From assembly GCA_023818895.1 (NCBI GenBank), contig JAMWCX010000001.1, positions 673,692-705,691 on the forward strand: 32,000 bases of DNA, given 5' to 3'. The DNA comes from Candidatus Omnitrophota bacterium. Lineage in GTDB: Bacteria; Omnitrophota; Gorgyraeia; 2-01-FULL-45-10. Positions 30,801 to 32,000 of the stretch are shown piece after piece (position 1 is the stretch's first letter; every line of letters begins with the position of its first letter). Made by a program: the position numbers and the translations under genes. The notes beneath the pieces were generated by a model that saw only the letters and a program-made list of their open reading frames with translations, was not told the origin of the DNA and ran no database searches.

Positions 30801-32000
30801 GAAATCGAGCCGATGGTCACATCATCGATAATGGTGAGTTTTCCCTTATTCTGCAGGCGGACGATGACGTTACTTATATCGCCCAGGCCGGCGGAGCGCA
30901 GTTCCGTGACGGTGCCTGCGGCTGTAGCGACATTATTATTGATGATGAGCTCGCCACCGGTAGGATATTGCGAAGCTGTTTGCGTAAATATTGTCCCTGC
31001 GGCGCCGCTAGCAATTGTGCCCGATCCGCCGTAAGCGGTCATAGTTAGAGATGACGGTATTAAATCATTCCCGACGATAGATATCCTGCCGCCGCCTCCG
31101 CCGTAAACACAACTATATCCTGTGGTAGGACCGCCACCGTTTGCCCTTATGATTCCGTTTCCACTCAGCGTGCCGGCATCTATCCAGACGCTTCCGCCGG
31201 AGCCTCTTCTGCCTAAAATCGTATGGGTGCCATCGGCGCTGATAATTCCATTTACCGTGACTACGGCTGCTACTATCTTTATCGCTCCGCCGCCGTAAGC
31301 AGGGCCGTATCCATAATCCTGCTGGCCTCCTGAACCTAATGAAACCGGTTCATCGAATGAGCCATAGGTAGCATCCTCGCTATTTCCTCCTCCTTTGCCT
31401 CCGTATGTTCCGCCGTAAGTAGAGCCTCCCGGGCCCTGGGTGGTCGTAAATCCAAAACCGTCTGCGCTAATCATCGCGCCAAGCTCTACCGTGAGGCTTC
31501 CCGAGATGTTCAGTATTCCTCCCGATCCTTCATACAGCCCTGTCTGCGGATTCAAATTGTCATAGACATCCCCGTCTATATATAGCTTACCGGCATCAAA
31601 CGTCCCATTACCGTTTAAATCGGTAAAAGATTCTCCGGTATCCCATTGTCTGTTGTTATTTGAGTCAATAAACGGTTCTGCTTTTAATGTCAGGATATTA
31701 AAGTCGTAAGAGATATCGTTGCCCAAATACAGTGTATTCCACAACTGAAATGTTCCGTTTCTTACTTGGTCGTTAAAGTAAATCGTTCCGGCACGTCCTC
31801 TGTCAATAGACGCCCAGCCGCCAATTACTTGCACAAGGCCTGTGAAGCTGTAGGTGGTGGTTCCTTTGAAGCTTATCCTGCCGCCGCCTCCGCCGTAAAC
31901 ACAACTATATCCTGTGGTAGGACCGCCACCGTTTGCCCTTATGATTCCGTTTCCACTCAGCGTGCCGGCATCTATCCAGACGCTTCCGCCGGAGCCTCTT
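27842..32000 (-). CDS. Giant surface protein, ORF A, 5'-truncated by the window edge (at least 1385 aa in window)
   Basis: The track reports 1330 aa from a GTG at 31834. I translated the 55 codons upstream to base 31999 (…RGSGGSVWIDAGTLSGNGIIRANGGGPTTGYSCVYGGGGGRISFKGTTTYSFTGL-VQVIGG…) and found no stop, so the real start lies outside the window. It contains Gly-rich beta-helix-like repeats, EF-hand/dockerin-like loops and 2 shared modules. It also has a CarboxypepD_reg-like segment (SGIIY...TSDEGSYNFKFEGVP), 4 Ig-like repeats, a Pro-rich linker and a 73-aa C-terminal domain. Confidence 0.85.
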   Translation of the reverse strand, partial: RGSGGSVWIDAGTLSGNGIIRANGGGPTTGYSCVYGGGGGRISFKGTTTYSFTGLVQVIGGWASIDRGRAGTIYFNDQVRNGTFQLWNTLYLGNDISYDFNILTLKAEPFIDSNNNRQWDTGESFTDLNGNGTFDAGKLYIDGDVYDNLNPQTGLYEGSGGILNISGSLTVELGAMISADGFGFTTTQGPGGSTYGGTYGGKGGGNSEDATYGSFDEPVSLGSGGQQDYGYGPAYGGGAIKIVAAVVTVNGIISADGTHTILGRRGSGGSVWIDAGTLSGNGIIRANGGGPTTGYSCVYGGGGGRISIVGNDLIPSSLTMTAYGGSGTIASGAAGTIFTQTASQYPTGGELIINNNVATAAGTVTELRSAGLGDISNVIVRLQNKGKLTIIDDVTIGSISIETSSADAALNITNRTIKLTGDWSRTAGPTVTTTGSTVEFIGTGSSEIRGSTMFNNLACQTKNKTLIFESGSTQTINGTLTLGDPSWSEGDEILLRSTSSGDTPADRFKIANPNNVQTVFFVDVRNSEVISGNNIFARYSINSGNTDCREGDPRWIFGVDVSGIIYLSPGVFLADGYVMNIYVHDGTENTWIDSILTSDEGSYNFKFEGVPVEADHRILIYLNSGLYEANLVTLASDSVTDITGLEMYVGRIALRSESTTAMTNAYLADVAIADANVHFKVRSGTATFADNQTVWTPAGFTYLPAGQVDIEGSLLNEGTLIAGDNTITITGDWDNKGTFDKGASKVIFTGTGLSRISGQTTFNDLECVAAGKELRFGSGERQTVAGTLTLTGDDINNLLILRSSTDGVQWEIEASSVVVSYIDVKDSKNASGMTIINDNSRDSGNNTGWYLVHHFTVEGASEMEAGKTNELTVRAFDGTGGLALSFTGTQQMRFYGPGIAPDGVSIPTVEGVNVGGWVNINFTEGVSDPALGAATLIAYRAETVSVDVEDSRRNSFGDEAYDLDLLVKPTDLNYFTIEDIPDPIVAGVAASPKVSAFDIYQNLKYDYQGIVTFSATDTSATLPSDYQFSLSDAGIHVFANSLILRKAGEHTVRVEDTVGHQFGEDTAITVECAGLHHFGWVAIENQVAGTPFTIVISAYDIFGNITIKDVDASYFTDREIFTYTTSATVSPNGTRPTLGADDDLRDGALALVDLRTGVFETSHITFFNSSETPVLTVEHDGVIKTTDPILVLPARLASFTISGITSGQVVGTSLSCTVTAFDPYANLKTNYADQVAFSSNGSGSLPASAALNNGTGQFGGIVFSVAGVYSLTVADPATGISATHSGIVVIDPYIPPIVINPPQPPTPDVVKPMTIGPQISFSVDFVDREEVGKRYKNYPRGKYQTTVIVFEGKVAVSPYDEKGIIEDKTVLLTDGKKAVHTGEVR
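28130..29443 (-). repeat. Four tandem Ig-like (bacterial Big-type) coding repeats in ORF A (aa 798-1235)
   Basis: The recurrent pattern is h-x-h-F-x-h...AG-x-x-h-x-h-x-h-x-A-(F/Y)-D-x-(Y/F)-x-N. Examples are HHFTVEG..AGKTNELTVRAFDGTG; LNYFTIEDIPDPIVAGVAASPKVSAFDIYQN; LHHFGWVAIENQVAGTPFTIVISAYDIFGN; LASFTISGITSGQVVGTSLSCTVTAFDPYAN. Confidence 0.7.
29444..29779 (-). repeat. Shared giant-protein module, copy A2 (ORF A aa 686-797)
   Basis: GASKVIFTGTGLSRISGQTTFNDLECVAAGKELRFGSGERQTVAGTLTLTGDDINNLLILRSSTDGVQWEIEASSVVVSYIDVKDSKNASGMTIINDNSRDSGNNTGWYLV. Confidence 0.75.
30329..30703 (-). repeat. Shared giant-protein module, copy A1 (ORF A aa 378-502)
   Basis: TGSTVEFIGTGSSEIRGSTMFNNLACQTKNKTLIFESGSTQTINGTLTLGDPSWSEGDEILLRSTSSGDTPADRFKIANPNNVQTVFFVDVRNSEVISGNNIFARYSINSGNTDCREGDPRW. 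Confidence 0.7.
31082..31208 (-). repeat. Perfect 127-bp direct repeat, copy 1 (in-frame inside ORF A)
   Basis: The base-by-base comparison with 31874-32000 is identical (tatcctgccgccgcctccgccgtaaacacaactatatcctgtggtaggaccgccaccgtttgcccttatgattccgtttccactcagcgtgccggcatctatccagacgcttccgccggagcctctt). The offset is 792 bp, or 264 codons. Confidence 0.95.
31874..32000 (-). repeat. Perfect 127-bp direct repeat, copy 2 (truncated by the window end, may extend further)
   Basis: It is identical to 31082-31208. Positions 31873 and 31081 differ, so the repeat boundary on that side is defined. The other boundary lies beyond the window. Confidence 0.95.

Noticed and set aside
30950-31500. The Gly-rich region of ORF A as RTX-type nonapeptide repeats implying type 1 secretion.
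   Set aside because: The repeats lack the GGxGxDxUx register and the conserved Asp. Gly runs are interspersed with Tyr/Ser/Thr. No T1SS ABC/MFP/TolC genes are present in the window.
31082-32000. The 127-bp perfect repeat as terminal repeats of a mobile element or a MITE.
   Set aside because: Both copies are direct, lie in the same reading frame of a continuous ORF and encode the same Gly-rich helix motif. There is no transposase and there are no target-site duplications.
1-32000. A search for tRNA/rRNA genes, CRISPR arrays, integrases, IS elements, prophage genes and recognisable defence systems.
   Set aside because: Intergenic gaps are all 215 bp or shorter and contain only promoter- or terminator-like features. 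I saw no regularly spaced short repeats. No ORF shows recombinase, transposase, nuclease or NTPase defence-type motifs.

Overview
This 32-kb window holds about 31 protein-coding genes, 29 of them on the minus strand. I recognised no rRNA, tRNA, CRISPR array, IS element or integrase. All family assignments come from reading motifs in the translations by eye; no database search was run. LEFT TWO THIRDS (1-21.3 kb), housekeeping-type content: (1) a cation-homeostasis operon of split trkA + trkA, an unannotated 46-aa membrane ORF, trkH, a coupled unknown membrane protein, and mgtE, which runs off the left edge and is missing from the ORF track; (2) exbB-exbD, a NicO/RcnA-like membrane protein and a MarC-family protein; (3) a GH57 alpha-glucan operon with a secreted hypothetical, an unannotated 57-aa Cys-rich ORF, DUF4912, a GH57 branching enzyme, a second GH57 and DUF2934; (4) a GT2 glycosyltransferase; (5) an envelope cluster with a coiled-coil lipoprotein, two paralogous peptidoglycan-binding lipoproteins and an exported bactofilin-like/polytopic membrane protein; (6) central metabolism with an aminotransferase + Lrp/AsnC, a class I aldolase, GTP-PEPCK, a Zn-ADH and a flavodoxin-like protein. 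RIGHT THIRD (21.4-32 kb), the accessory-looking part: the only two plus-strand genes are a secreted FecR-domain protein and a TMTC/PMT-like GT-C membrane protein with about 6 TPRs. They converge on two consecutive giant surface-protein genes. ORF B (1294 aa) has a clear TPS/haemagglutination-activity domain. ORF A is at least 1385 aa and still open at the right window edge. The two giants share a recurring ~105-125 aa module (4 copies). ORF A also contains a perfect 127-bp in-frame duplicate 792 bp apart. No TpsB/Omp85 partner, toxin/immunity pair or T1SS gene lies in the window. This giant-protein locus plus its FecR/GT-C neighbours is my best candidate for something not yet described. The gene content (GH57 enzymes, GTP-PEPCK, giant ORFs) is compatible with an uncultivated diderm lineage such as Omnitrophota, but that is only an inference.
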